Shown piece by piece: positions 50,000 through 62,902 of a DNA stretch of 64,000 nt. A program made the translations under genes and the position numbers. Below the pieces are notes generated by a model. That model had not been told where the DNA came from. It searched no databases and saw only the letters and a program-made list of their open reading frames with translations. Each line of letters starts with the position of its first letter. The stretch's first letter is position 1. This stretch comes from Podarcis gaigeae. Taxonomy: Eukaryota. The DNA lies in assembly GCA_964106915.2 (NCBI GenBank), contig OZ066918.1; one strand, written 5' to 3'.

Positions 50000-50222
50000 A
50001 CAAATAGCATGCTTGCCGTGATGGCTACTTTCTGCAACCAGCGTTGCTGGCCATATGTCTCTGAATCCCAGCTGCTGGGAATCTTGGATGGGGAGATTCT
50101 TGCTGTGCTCAGGCCCTGATTGTGGGCTGGACAATGGGCATCTGACTGGTCACTGTGGGAAAAGAGTGCTGGGTGATATGGGCCTTTAGCCGGATCCAGC
50201 AAGGATCTTCTCATGTTCTTGA
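50000..50222 (+). mobile_element. Old CR1-type 3' UTR fragment
   Basis: GGCCTTTAGCCGGATCCAGCAAGGATCTTCTCATGTTCTT resembles the end of 18875-19170. Confidence 0.5.
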
Positions 50223-50239
50223 GGACTAATAGTACTGAG

Positions 50240-50546
50240 TGTGCTTTATCAACTCCAGCAGCTGCAACCTGTTGTAAACAGAGATACCCCGGGCACAGTT
50301 ATCCGTGTTCTGGTAACTTCCCATTTGGACTACGAAGGGCTGAAAACTGGAAGCGTTAGTTATAGTGCAGAACACAGCAGCCATGATTTTGACTGGCACC
50401 GCTCACACAGGTCGTATCTTGCCAGAAATTTCACTGGCTGCTCTTGTCTGTTCTCTTCCAGACCTAATTAAAAAGTGCAGGTGCTCACATTTAATGCCCT
50501 AAATGGCTTGGGACCAGAGCATTTGAAGGAGCGCCTCCTCCCATAA
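50240..50546 (+). mobile_element. Old L2 LINE fragment
   Basis: TVIRVLVTSHLDY motif, followed by TTTAATGCCCTAAATGGCTTGGGACCAGAGCATTTGAAGGAGCG. Confidence 0.6.
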
Positions 50547-51016
50547 CAAACTTCCTAAGGTAAGGCCTACCCTGTGTGGGATTGCACTCCCTCTGAAGGA
50601 GGAGATACACAGTTTTGTGGGGCAGGGTTCTGAGTCCATCTCTGTCACTGGAAGCCCAGGCAGCCTTTGTGGCTAGAAGGACCTTCTACCTGCTGCAACC
50701 GAAGCAACAGCTGTGGCCATTCCTGGGCCAGGGAAGCTTGACCACAGTAGTGCAAGCAATGGCGACTTTGAGTCTGGATTACTGCAACACCACTCTTATG
50801 TTTGGGTTCCCTTGCACTTCAGCCAGAAGCTGCAGTTAGTGCAGAATGCTGCAGCACAGTTGCTGACAGGAATGAGACCCTGTCAGCACAGAACACCTCT
50901 GCTCAGAAATCTGAACTGGTTTGAGATTTGCTACCAAGCCAAGTTTAAGGTGTTACTGTTAGTATAGAAAGCCAAAACAGCTTGGGACCAATTTGTTTGT
51001 GGGATCGTGTAACCCT

Positions 51017-51986
51017 CATGGTGGATTTGATTTACATCAAATCGATTTAAATCATGATTTAAATCACTAGTCAGTAAGACTTGATTTAAATCATTTATTT
51101 ATTTTTACAGAAAGAGTCATTATTGCTGGTATAATCTTAATTTTTACAACCAGATGAAGGTTTCATTTTTGGAATAACAAATTTTCAGAGTAGTTTTTAC
51201 AGTTATATCAAAAATTACTGATTTGGCTATACTATTAGAAATACATAGATAATTATGAAATTATTGAGAGGTTTACTAAGCTAACTGTTTATATTTGGAC
51301 AACTTTTCTGCTGTACTTTATTGGAAGGAGAAAAATAATCATTTCCTTAATAACAATTTAAACAATTTATTTAACTAAAACAATAACATTATAGCATATG
51401 TATCCATGTTTGTTAGGGACGTGGGTGGCACTGTGGTCTAAACCACAGAGCCTAGGGCTTGCCAATCAGAAGGTCGGCGGTTCGAATCCCCGCAACGAGG
51501 TGCGCTCCTGTTGTGCGGTCCCAGTTCCTGCCCACCTAGAAGTCCAAAAGCACATCAAAGTGCAAGTAGATAAATAGGTACCACTCTGGCGTGAAGGTAA
51601 ACGGCGTTTCCGTGCACTGCTCTGGTTCACCAGAAGCTGTACACCGGCTCCCATGACCAGTAAAGTGAGATGAGCACCGCAACCCCAGAGTCGTCCACGA
51701 CTGGACCTAACGGTCAGGGGTCCCTTTACCTTTATCCATGTTTGTTAACTGATGCAGTTAAATGGCTTTTTAAAAAAAGAAAACGTAGACTGAGTTTTAG
51801 CACACATGAAAAACTTAAAACAAATCCTTATTTCCTGATGAACAGCCTTTAGACTATAATGTAACTTAAATAGAAAACTATCTTTAGAAAGATGTTTCCT
51901 CCGCAAGCATTTTATTTAAAAAATCCAATTTAAATTTTTTAAATCCATTTTTTAAAAAAAAAAATCATTAATTTTTATCCACCCTG
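51017..51986. mobile_element. Non-autonomous hAT element with subterminal GATTTAAATC repeats
   Basis: TIR CATGGTGGAT / ATCCACCCTG; TSD GTAACCCT / GTTACCCC (6/8); AT-rich interior. Confidence 0.75.
51416..51732 (+). mobile_element. Sauria SINE (Squam1) with 15-bp TSD
   Basis: TSD TATCCATGTTTGTTA at 51401-51415 and 51733-51747; B box GGTTCGAATCCCC; tail CCCTTTACCTT. Confidence 0.95.
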
Positions 51987-52153
51987 GTTACCCCACATAT
52001 GCCCATTCAACCACTCCAATCTAAGGAACTGGCACTCTTAGAGAGGTGCCACAAAATGCTCATTCCGCAGTTGAAAAAAAACTTATATTTTAGTGTAGAA
52101 CTACCTATGCTTTGGAACCCCCTGCCCAGTGACACCAAGAAGACACCTTTGCT

Positions 52154-53366
52154 TTAAAACCTTTAAATTAAAACCATTTGAACAAATTAAAGATAAAGTG
52201 AATTGGTTGCAATATTATCAAATTAATGAATTATATAAGAAGGATAAGAGAAATGGTTTTGCAACAGAAAAAAACCAAATTGAAAACGGAGTTGTTAGAT
52301 ACTAATGATAAGAATATGTCTAAAATGTACAGTTTGTTGTTGGAGTGAGCTACAAAGGATGAACAAGTTAAATCGGTCATGATTGATTGGGCAAGGGATG
52401 TGGGACATAATATAATAATGGAGGACTGGGAGAGGCTATGGAGGAAAGCGGTTAAGTTCACTGCATGTACGATGTTAAAGGAAAACATTATGAAGATGAT
52501 GTATAGATGGTACTTGACCCCTGTAAAATTAGCAAAAATTTATCACAAAAGTGATAATCTTTGTTGGAAATGTAAAAAGAAAAAAGAAGGTACTTTTTTC
52601 CATATGTGGTGGACTTGTCCCAAGGTGAAAGACTTCTGGGAGAAGATTTATAATGAAATGAAAAAAATGTTGAACTATACATTTATTAAGAAACCAGAGG
52701 CCTTTCTCCTTGGAATAACAGGTTTAGAATTGCCCAAGAAAGATGTTAAATTATTTTTGTATGCCACAACGGCCGCTCGAATATTACTTGCTAAAAATTG
52801 GAAAACACAAGAACTACCAACAGTGGAAGATTGGCAGATGAAGATGATGGATTTTTCGGAGCTAGCTGACCTGACTGGAAGAATCCGCGACCAGAAAGAA
52901 GAGGAGTTTCAAGAGGACTGGAATAAATTTAAGGTCTATTTGAATAAATATTGTAATATAAAAAATTAGAAATTACTTGAAAGAAACAAATAGGCCTAGG
53001 ACAAATTAAGTTATAATTAAATAAATGGGATTCAGAATGTCAAGAAAAGTGAATAAGATGACTATAATTGGAAATTGTTTTAGTTTAATAATGATATTGG
53101 AAAGCTGTTACTTTTAAATTACAAGGAAACTCAGAAGGGAGGGATTTGAGGAAGTCAATCAAGATGTTTAAAAAGTTGGATTTGTGAAGAATTAAGTTTG
53201 TTATTATTATCTATTTGTTTATTGTTTCCCCCTTTCCTCCCTCCCTTTTTTCTTTTTTCTTTTTTTTTCTTTTCTTCTCTTTTCCCTTTTCTGTTTTTGT
53301 GTATTAATTTGCTTTGTGGTTTGTGTTATTATGGTGAAAAAATTTAATAAAAAATTATTTAAAAAA
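52154..53366 (+). mobile_element. L1-clade LINE, 5'-truncated (~1.2 kb)
   Basis: ORF2 C-terminus, pyrimidine-rich 3' UTR and AATAAA plus A-rich tail. TSD GACACCTTTGCT at 52142-52153 and 53376-53387. Confidence 0.9.
52379..52969 (+). pseudogene. L1-clade ORF2 C-terminal region with CCHC zinc-binding motif
   Basis: KMMYRWYLTP...CWKC...HMWWTC...AARILLAKNWK...W; in-frame stop upstream at ~52346. Confidence 0.9.
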
Positions 53367-56300
53367 GAAGAAGACGACACCTTTGCTGTTCTCTTTTCAG
53401 TTCCTGCTTAAAACAGAGCAGTCACAATAACAGAAAGGGCTTTTTCAGTAGTGACATGCCAGATACCAAATTAAAATTCACTTGATGAGCTAAGGAAACA
53501 GTAGCGGATAAATTGGCCTTTTTCATGCCAGCCAAGAGTAGCTTCACAATCCAAGACTACGGTTATATTTTCCCCCATATGAAGACAAAATAGAGTGAGC
53601 ATCTGTGATAAGCACCAAGGCACTGGCAGCTGAAATAGGGTCAAAGGAGTGGCAAGATGCAAATTAAGAAATCCTGCTGCAATAAAAACTGCAGAGCAAG
53701 AATGCTTCTGCGTAACAATGAGTGCAAGACAAAAGGTTCCCTCTGTAAGACAATGTTAATTGAACACATTTACTAAGCAGACCATTTCATTGTCAGCAGA
53801 ACCGGTTGTTCAAAGGAGGCCCAGGACAATGGTTAAGACACAGTCATTCCCAATTTCCACAGCACACTCACAAGTTCTCATGAGCCCCCCCCCACCTTTC
53901 TATCCAAATGAGTTAAGAATGTAATTTAGCAAATATTGTGGGAAAGATGCAGACTTTCCGAAAAATAATTTGTAGAAAGTGGAAATATTAGTAAAGTATC
54001 CTGTTTATGTCCTTTTTTACCGAATGTGCACATCCAACAAGTTAGATAGCCTTCTTTATTGTCATTATGAGTGTGTGTCATTCCATGTCAGTTCAACACG
54101 GTCATGCCACCCACCATCTTGGATTTTGATGAAACGTGGTGCACACCCTTCCCTTATGGTTGAAATAAACCTCCTTAATTTTCCCCCCTCTATCTCAAAC
54201 GGTTTTAATTTTATAGCACTTGAAAGTTTTGTGAAATCTGTGTTTCTGTCCCTCTTGAGATCCTCGGCCTTGTGTGCATTTTATTTTTTTCTCCATAGCC
54301 AATGATCAGATCTCTTTGAAATTTTATACAGAGATCAATAACATGATGAGGATTTGAGGATTTTTTGGTGGAAAAACTAGGTTTAGAAAACCTAAATTTT
54401 CAGTGTCAGGGCATGATGCAATCAAAAGTTTTTGATGGTGGAAATTATTGCAAAGAACATAAATGTGCCATCAAATCTCATGTGCACCCTAATTTTCGTG
54501 GTGTTATTTAACCAAAAAAGGTGTGCATTACATTTGAGTAAATGCAGTATTAAGTGTCTCCTACTCATGCTAGCTTTGCATGACAGCTGTTAACTCTTAG
54601 TCAGAGGATTTTACATTATTTAGATCAGTAATTCTAAAAAGTATGATTAAGGACCATTTATTTTAGGCACTTTCAGATGGTCTCCAAGCCCACAATGGAA
54701 ATAATAAAGACTTGAAGACTGACGCATTTCTTTGGAGCTTCCACTGCATGCTGAGGAGACAAGTCACTTTTCAATGCAAATTCGAAAATTTACCATGAAA
54801 AGTGGTTTGCCTTGTTCGCAGCAAGGAAACAGCCTTTCAAGCATATCCCATATGGTGGCTTTAAGATAAGAGTACAGTATGGGGAGATCTGCAAAGGACA
54901 AGCAAGCCAGATAGTGATCCTCAGTGCCATGATGGATTAAATAACGGATTAAATAATGCTACACGGAGCCAGAGTAGCTTTATATAATGTAAGAGTTCCA
55001 GCACAAAGCCATAACTACTCTGGCCCTCTCACCTCCGTCCGTAAAGAAAATCCAAGAGACAAATGGAAGGGTTACTGCTCTACGAACCACAAGAGATACC
55101 CTCTGACTGCCTGTTGTTCCAAGACAGGCGGTGAATTCACAATCAGCCTGCAACATTCCTGCCTGTTACGCAATTGCATTTTTGCAAGGGTATGCTAAAT
55201 ATTTAACTTTGAGATGGCTGCTTGGAGCAGTTTCAGAATAACCTTGCCATCTCTCTCCTTGAAGGTTATGAGACCGTGTTTCAAATCCCCATCACATAGC
55301 TATGTTATTTACATGCAGGTCTAATTCCTCCTCAAGCTGTCCAGCCTGTAAGCACAGCATGAAAATGGAAACTGATGAACATCTTCAAAGCACAGAGGAA
55401 AGCACAGCAGAAAGGTCAGCTGGCTAAGGCGCATATTCTGCCTAATTGTCTCAATGGAGTACACCTTTCACAGAGGAATTAAAGTTTCGAGTAGGGCTTC
55501 GCTATTAACACTATTATCCAAGGCGCCTACATGCTGGTTTAATAAACTGCACGTTCATTTCGATGTTCCCCTCCTCCCTTATTTATGATTGATGTGGTTG
55601 CATAAAAGTCTGAAAGAACAACCAATTGATAGCGAGAAGTAAGTTTACCACGAGCATATATCCAAATGTATTTATTTTTTAAAGTTCTGCAAAACTTTGC
55701 TACTGTAGTCTATCAATATTGTAGTCCAATAAAAGGTCTTGTTTTGAATTGCATCATTTGCAATCAGGAAAACAATATCATTACATTTTTATCCTTTCCA
55801 CATGGATCAAGCTGTTGTCTTTCATCCATATTGCAAGCAATTCTGTTCAGCTTGACATCAATGGGATTATTTCACAGGAGCAGCAAGCACGGTATTTTGA
55901 ATGCAAGCAAGTGCACACAAAATGAAAGCCGGACTCCCTTCTCTATGCAGCCCTAACATTACCCCTGGCAATAGAATGTCCTCTGGACAGCAGTGGGGGA
56001 ATGTTGAGGTTTGTGCAGTTTAATAAACATACCAAGGGGATCTAATATTACCTTAATATTGGGGGGGGTGGACCATTAATCACATTTATTACTATATTGT
56101 ACTTTGCCTCAGGCTAACATAATGTCCTGGGCCCTGGATCTTTTGCCTAAAGCTATCTGAGAATTCAAAGGGGAAGGAGCCCCATAGTGCAGGGAGCTGG
56201 GGGGCACTAGGTTGACAAAGGAAGGCTGTTGTACAGTATTGTAAACAATATTGAAGTGGGTATAATTTTTAACTAAAGGCTCAGGATCCAACCCAACAAA

Positions 56301-57714
56301 GTTCCAAAGCTTTTGCAAATTTTAATTTTACAAACTAAAAATGAAATCAATCAATCTGGAATTACTGAAACCATGTAAGGTAGTACAGTTATACCGCAGG
56401 TGTGGGGCTAAGCCCGAGAGACTGTGCCAATCCTAAGGTCATCTACTTAGTTCTTTTTTGAAATCTTTAAACTCGTGAAACAGGTTCCCACCCTCCCCTC
56501 TCATATTTTCCCATCAAAACAAAACCCCCAAAGAAATAAAGACAATGAGAAAGATGTACAGAACTCTTGATAGGATTCGTAACTGCTGAAAAAAAATCAT
56601 GGGGAGAGAATCATTTCTTCCCCCTGAGCACACAATTTAAAGCATGAACTAATAAAAAGGGAGCATTGAAAGGCAAACAAGAGCAAGCCCAGCTACATTT
56701 AACAGCTCAAAAAAATTATTATCTTTGTAAACTGAATGATATATAAAACATTTAAAAGGTGACCTGTTTAGAAAAGCCCTTTTCACTTATTCCCCCCCAA
56801 AGGTTCACTTACAAAGCACCTTAATGTTTTTTTCTGACATTGACACAATTAAAAAGTAACCTTTTTACACAATTATGCAAGACACAAGAATGAAGAAGAA
56901 GAAGAATACTGTATTGTTAAAAAAAATTGAGGAAAGCAACCCCTAGCCCAAAGACCAGAAAGCCTTTTTCCATTCATACAAACTGGCATATATGCACTGG
57001 GAAGATGACAGTCAGATGAAGAAAACTGACTCCAGTATTTTGGCTGCCACCACTACCCATGAAAACATGCACTACCAGTTCTGTGACCCTAAAGAACAGA
57101 AGACCAGCAAGGGGAATAGGGGCTGTTTATTATGGACAAAAAGCACCAGAAAATGACTCCACCTAGAAAATAGGAACTGAGCTAAGACCACTTCAAACAC
57201 CCTTTCATGCATTCAGTAACCATGCTGAGGAGGCAGTGGGATCATGTCCACAAGTCACTCACACACACACCCCTGTCTTTTCCACCTTAATTAACAGCAG
57301 ATCCCAGTCCCCTCTAAATTTAAAATCTGTGTTCAGGGTTGTGTGATATATACTACAGGACAGGTATGACTAAAAGGGAAAGGGGGGGGGGGGGAGTCCC
57401 AGTCTGACACAAATATGAAATAGCATTTTTCGTGATCAATTCTTTGACCTTTGACCTCTCATATATTATAATAAGATACCCATATTTTGAAAGTGAACTG
57501 CTACTACAGCTCCTATAGTCCCCAGTAAAGGGAGAATTTAAGGGTTTGTCTTTGTATTTTCATTTTGCGACTGGACCTGGCAATAAAAAGGCTAGATGCA
57601 AGTGATGGGTTGAACTAGGACCACATTTTATTTAAAATATATCTGCAGGGGAAATGTGTGGGAACCCAATTTAACTTCAATCACGGGCAAGCCAAAAGGT
57701 ACCCATTCCTTTTT

Positions 57715-57950
57715 TTGTGGTTTTTTTTGTTATAGCATTTATTAATTTTCCAATAAAAAACATCCAATTAACATATCAAATCACAATCCAATAAAAATAA
57801 AAATGATAAAATAAAATAAATCAATTTGTCTTCCAAATTATAATCTTGATTTTATGACTTCCCACAGTCTGAATCTCGAAGCATATCCAAATCTCAGTCC
57901 TGCCTCTCATCTCTCATCGATATTTTCATATTTTCATATCTCGATTTTAC
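57715..57950 (-). mobile_element. Possible L1-clade 3' UTR and tail fragment
   Basis: T-rich start and TGACTTCC, the reverse complement of the GGAAGTCA motif in the 3' UTR of the 52-53 kb L1. Confidence 0.3.
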
Positions 57951-58252
57951 CTCTCCAAACTTGTCTCTGGCTCTGCGATCCTCAATCATGTCAGGTACCC
58001 ATTCCAAGGGGAATAACAAGGCAAAGCTCCAAAGCCTGGGCCCAACCTTATGGTGAGCAGGGAGGTCTGCTTGGCCCACATGCTCCCAGCCCCACAACTC
58101 CAGAGAGATGTGGAAGTGGAGCCTCAAGAATGTCCCATGTCCAGGCTAAGAGACTCACAACTCAGAGCAGCTGACCTCCAAAAACGCCCTTCACCTTCAA
58201 TGGGTGCTCACCTTCTGTAACATTCAGCTTTCATGCACTTTCCTGTGAATAA

Positions 58253-58790
58253 GTTATCTCCTGCTTGGATTACTGCAATGCGCTCTACGTGGGGTTACCT
58301 TTGAAGGTGACCCAGAAACTACAACTAATCCAGAATGCGGCAGCTAGACTGGTGACTGGGGGCAGCCGCCGAGACCACATAACACCGGTCTTGAAAGACC
58401 TACATTGGCTCCCAGTACATTTCCAAGCACAATTCAAAGTGTTGGTGTTGACTTTTAAAGCCCTAAATGGCCTCAGCCCAGTATACCTGAAGGAGCTTCT
58501 CCACCCCCATCGTTCTGCCCGGACGCTGAGGTCCAGCGCCGAGGGCCTTCTGGTGGTTCCCTCATTGTGAGAAGCCAAGTTACAGGGAACCAGTGGCACC
58601 CACCCTGTAGAACGCCCTCCCATCAGATGTCAAAGAGATAAACAACTACCTGACATTCAGAAGACATCTTAAGGCAGCCCTTTCCAGGGAAGTTTTTAAT
58701 GTGTGACATCTTAATGTATTTTTGGTCTTTGTGGAAGCCGCCCAGAGTGGAAGGGGAAACCCAGCCAGATGGACAGGGTACAAATAATAA

Positions 58791-58836
<46 letters not shown>
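58253..58836 (+). mobile_element. L2-clade LINE, 5'-truncated, (TTA)n tail
   Basis: ORF2 C-terminus plus 3' tail CCCAGAGTGG...CCCAGCCAGATGG...AATAATAAA(TTA)n. Confidence 0.92.
58265..58570 (+). pseudogene. L2 ORF2 C-terminal region
   Basis: DYCNALYVGLP..QKLQLIQNAAARLVTG..RDHITPVLKDLHWLPV..FKVLVLTFKALNG, a canonical L2-clade pattern. Confidence 0.9.
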
Positions 58837-58837
<1 letters not shown>

Positions 58838-60414
58838 AATGTGACCAACTTAAACATGTAGCCAAATTAACCAAAACAACCCTTTTAACACCACAAACCT
58901 CTACACATCAACACCCACTGAATTCAGCACAGACCAGACAATAAACCCTGCTTACTCAATATGCATGAAATGACTCAAAGAGGTGTGGCCAGGCTCATCA
59001 AGCCTGCGACCACATCTTCCTGATGCAGATGCCAGTATGTGCATATGTGCACGCCAAGCAGCCTTGCCCAGACACACTGTTATGTGATTGGCAGGACTTT
59101 AGTGGCTTTTAAAGATGCAGTTGTCTTGCAGTCAATCATTCAAATATTTTTGCCCTTCAAGTGCAATTGATTTTGTTCTAACCAATGGCTAAGAAGGGTG
59201 TGTAACCCTGGAGACTGTGCTGCCGCCTCTGTTCTGTTCTTAAAACAAACAAAGTTTGCTGACACAAACCCCTGCTACACAAAGGATAGACAATGAAACA
59301 AAATAATAATACCCCCATCTTCCCCCCCCCAACTGCAAGATGTCTATGATGAAAGTGTCTCTCACCAAAAGTAAACGAACTGTGAAAAATACTATGAACT
59401 TAAAGTGGAGACAACAGATGTACCTTTTCCTGTTTATCTGTTTGCTTTGTAACACACACACACACATAAACTTTAATTTAAAAAGCAAAGTTTGAAAACA
59501 GACAGTGGACTCATGGAAGAAACACAGAAGAACTTGATGACAGCACTATGTAAAAAAGTGAACAAAATTAAACTATTCCGCACTAAACGTCTGGGGTGCA
59601 AGCGGTCCTAATTATCGAAAATTCCAGGTCATACCTGAAATGATATTTGGAGTCTAGCTTTTAATTTATCGTTATATCCTCTGCTATCTGTCACTTTCAC
59701 TAGTTATCTCTGGCAACACCATACAACAGCTGACCTGGGGAAAGGAATCAGCTGTTCTGTAAGCTTAATACCATATTATGTGTGGTGTGCTGACTGCAGA
59801 CTTATTCATTAGGCTGAATTATTATGGTTTCTAAAGTGCTCACATCTCTCACTGGCACTCCAAAAATAATTTTAGATGGCCAATTACATACAGAAGCAGG
59901 CATTCTTTTGCAGTAATGCCAATCCTAAGGGGCTGGAAGGATAGGTATTGCAGTCAAAGACTTACCTCTCATTCACAGCTGCCTAGAAAGAAATGCCACT
60001 GTTTTTATTTTTAAAAAAGCAAACCTTGCCCTGTTCCTGCGGCTTTAACAGCAGCCAGACATACACAGAAATGGCAGGAGTATGGAAGTAAAATGGTGGG
60101 GGGAACTTCAGCTGCTTATTTCCGCAGTTCTGCTGTTGGGAGGCCCTAAAGCAAGCCTGGTTAAAAACAACAAAAACCAGCTAGCAACCTTATTCCATAG
60201 CTATTCCCATGAAATACTGACCTGGCCACAAGCAACACAAGCAGGGGAAGAATATGCACCTATGTGGTTAGCTTAATGTCAGGTCTCTCTTTGGTTTTTC
60301 CACAGAGCTTGACAGCTACTGCATTCCTTTCCAGGCAACTTTTCGGGGCGAACGTGACAGAGGAGGCCAGGGCCAGACGCGAAAGTGGTTGGATCAATGA
60401 ATGTCAATTTTACT

Positions 60415-60636
60415 CAGTGCTTTTTTTCTTTTAAAAAAACGTGTTTAGGGGTACTCTCATTCCATCTGAGACTCAGGAAACACTGTGACAGGAAATGAGG
60501 CCGCCGATGGGAGTAGCAATGGAACTATGATGATTCAGCATCCTAGAGATTTAAATTTTTAGTTTCTTCTTCCATTAGATTCACAAAATGTTTAGGGTTA
60601 TGCAAACCCTTGTGTCCCCCCAGAAAAAAAGGACTG
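60415..60636. mobile_element. hAT-type MITE, CAGTGCTTTTTT-TIR family
   Basis: TIR CAGTGCTTTTTTTCT / AGAAAAAAAGGACTG; TSD ATTTTACT / ATTTTACC. Reverse-complement homolog of 17883-18119. Confidence 0.85.
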
Positions 60637-60667
60637 ATTTTACCCTTGTACAGTAAACTTGTTTGTG

Positions 60668-60702
<35 letters not shown>
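60668..60702. repeat. (CA)n microsatellite
   Basis: Directly visible. Confidence 0.95.
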
Positions 60703-60704
<2 letters not shown>

Positions 60705-61157
60705 CTCTGCATTCTTCATCCCTGCAAGCAAGAAATATTATCAGGGTTCAAATGCAAAATCCACCAAAGCAGAAATACTTGAGGAGGGTGCAAAGCAGGG
60801 TCAGGTGTGTGAGGCCTGGGAGAGGAGGTGTGGCCTTTGGGAGACCTGAGGGCCAGATAGTGAGGACTGCATCCAGCCCCTGAGGTTCCCTATCCTTGCT
60901 TTATTTATATAGCTCAACCATGTATGTGTGTGTTCATATCTATATTGCACTATAATACTCCTCCCTGTAGATGGACAGCTAGAGTGGCATCCCCCCCCCC
61001 AGGCTAGAATGTAGGAAATAAATTCATGAACAAAGGAACTCTAGACACCACATAGATGTTAAGGTCGTTGCCTGGAATCGGTCCCCTCTTCACCTCCTGA
61101 GAGTAAATCCTAACAATGAGCATGCAGAAAGATAAATACAGTTTACATGGGTTTTAT

Positions 61158-61508
61158 CTAAGCAGCTTCGGTCCTGTATACCTGAAGGAGCATCTCCACC
61201 TCCATCGTTCAGCCTGGACACTGAGGTCCTGCTCTAAGAGCCTTCTGGCAGTTCCCTCACTGCAAGAAGTGAGGTTACAGGGAACCAGGCAGAGGGGCTT
61301 CTTGGCAGTGACGCCCTCCCATCAGATGTCAAGGAAATAAACAACCCATCTGACCTTTTAGAAGACATATGAAGGCAACCTTGTTTAGGGAAGTTTTTAA
61401 TGTCTAATTTTTACATTTTTTTAATAAGCTGTAAGCCGCCCAGAGTGGCTGGGGAAACCCAGCTAGATGGGTGGGGTATAAATAATAAAGTTGTTGTTGC
61501 TGTTGTTT
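61158..61508 (+). mobile_element. L2-clade LINE 3' fragment
   Basis: Homologous to 58460-58800; (GTT)n tail. Confidence 0.85.
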
Positions 61509-62506
61509 TTATCTAGCGATATTTAGTTTGCTCCCTATGAAGTTTAAGGTTGCCAGAAGCCGAGAGTTCGCCAACACATTTTGCTGACCACCTTTGTGCA
61601 CAACTCTCCCCCCCCCCAACAACTCAGGTTACATACGTGTTGCAGAACACCCAAGTTTGCCAACAGCTTTGTCACTTTTGTGCTGGAGAACGCAGGCATC
61701 ATGTCGCTCAATGGAGTAAAAATAGTATGTAACAATTAAACAAAGTGTTGCTAACTACAAGGTCAGAGCACTGCTCTTCTCTGCATGAGGAGGCCACAGC
61801 GCCTCAAGGGAAAGCCATCTGTGAGGTTTTGCAAATACGCTTCTTTGTAAAATGGGAAGCAACAGTTTAGGGCATTCCGTATACACTTAATAGAGACAGA
61901 CTAATTATTAATGGCAGTTTACGGAGGTGGAAAGGGCGCAGGCAGCAAGAAATGGCTTTTCGCTGCAGATCAGATTCAAATGAAAATGTCTGGATTTTTT
62001 AAAAAACAACTTTTTTAGCATATGTATTGGGAGAGGGTTCCCTATTCCCCTTGTTGCAGCCTGTTTTCCTTGCAGCTATTTATACCCAAGTCGCAATGTG
62101 ACACACATGGTTGCAACACAAATATTTCTGCAACCTGCCAATTGATGTGGAAACGCTGATGGGCTCATTTCAGCTACAAATACAATTTTTAGGCCTTTCT
62201 GACTGCATAAACAATGTCCGAAAAGGTAATGGCAAGAAATAAACCAGGATTTTTTGTGGGAAAAGTAAGTGACTAGGTATAAGAACTGGGCTGCCAAGTC
62301 TGAGTTTGACCTGACATTTCAGTGTTTTCCACTCCTCAGGGGCCCTCCAGAGGAATTTAAGATGGGGAAAAGTTATTTTCTGCTTGGCTCAGTAAGAGCT
62401 TTTTGCTATTAGCTCAGTTCCCATGTCAATCAGGTACTGCTCTGTGACCCATGGAGAGCAACTAGGCTCCCCACTTCATCCGCCAAACTCTTCTTCCCTG
62501 ATCTAA

Positions 62507-62895
62507 GTTTCCGAGCACAAGTCAAAGTGTTGGTGCTGACCTTTAAAGCCCTAAACGGCCTTAGTCCAGTATACCTGAAGGAGCATCTCCACCCCATCAT
62601 TCTGCCCTGACACTGAGGTCCAGCTCTGAGGACCTTCTGGTGGTTCCCTCACTGCGAGAAGCCAAGTTACAGGGAACCAGGCAGAGGGCCTTCTTGGTAG
62701 TGGCGCCCTCCCTGTGGAACACCCTCCCACCAGATTTCAAAGGAAAAAACAACTACCAGACTTTTAGGAGACATGTGAAGGCAGCCCTGTTTAGGGAAAC
62801 TTCTAATATCTGAAGGACTATTGTATTTTAATATTTTGTTGGAAGCCAGCCAGAGTGGCGGGGTATAAATAATAAATTACTATTATTATTATTAT
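62507..62895 (+). mobile_element. L2-clade LINE 3' fragment
   Basis: Homologous to 58420-58836; (TTA)n tail. Confidence 0.88.
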
Positions 62896-62902
62896 CTACA
62901 AT

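Larger units (their letters stand above)
50570..53415 (+). mobile_element. L2 LINE fragment split by later insertions (pieces ~50570-51016, 51987-52153, 53376-53415)
   Basis: ORFs give LSLDYCN and QKLQLVQNAAAQLLTG..HRTPLLRNLNW..QAKFKVLLLV. The sequence resumes after each TSD. Confidence 0.7.
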
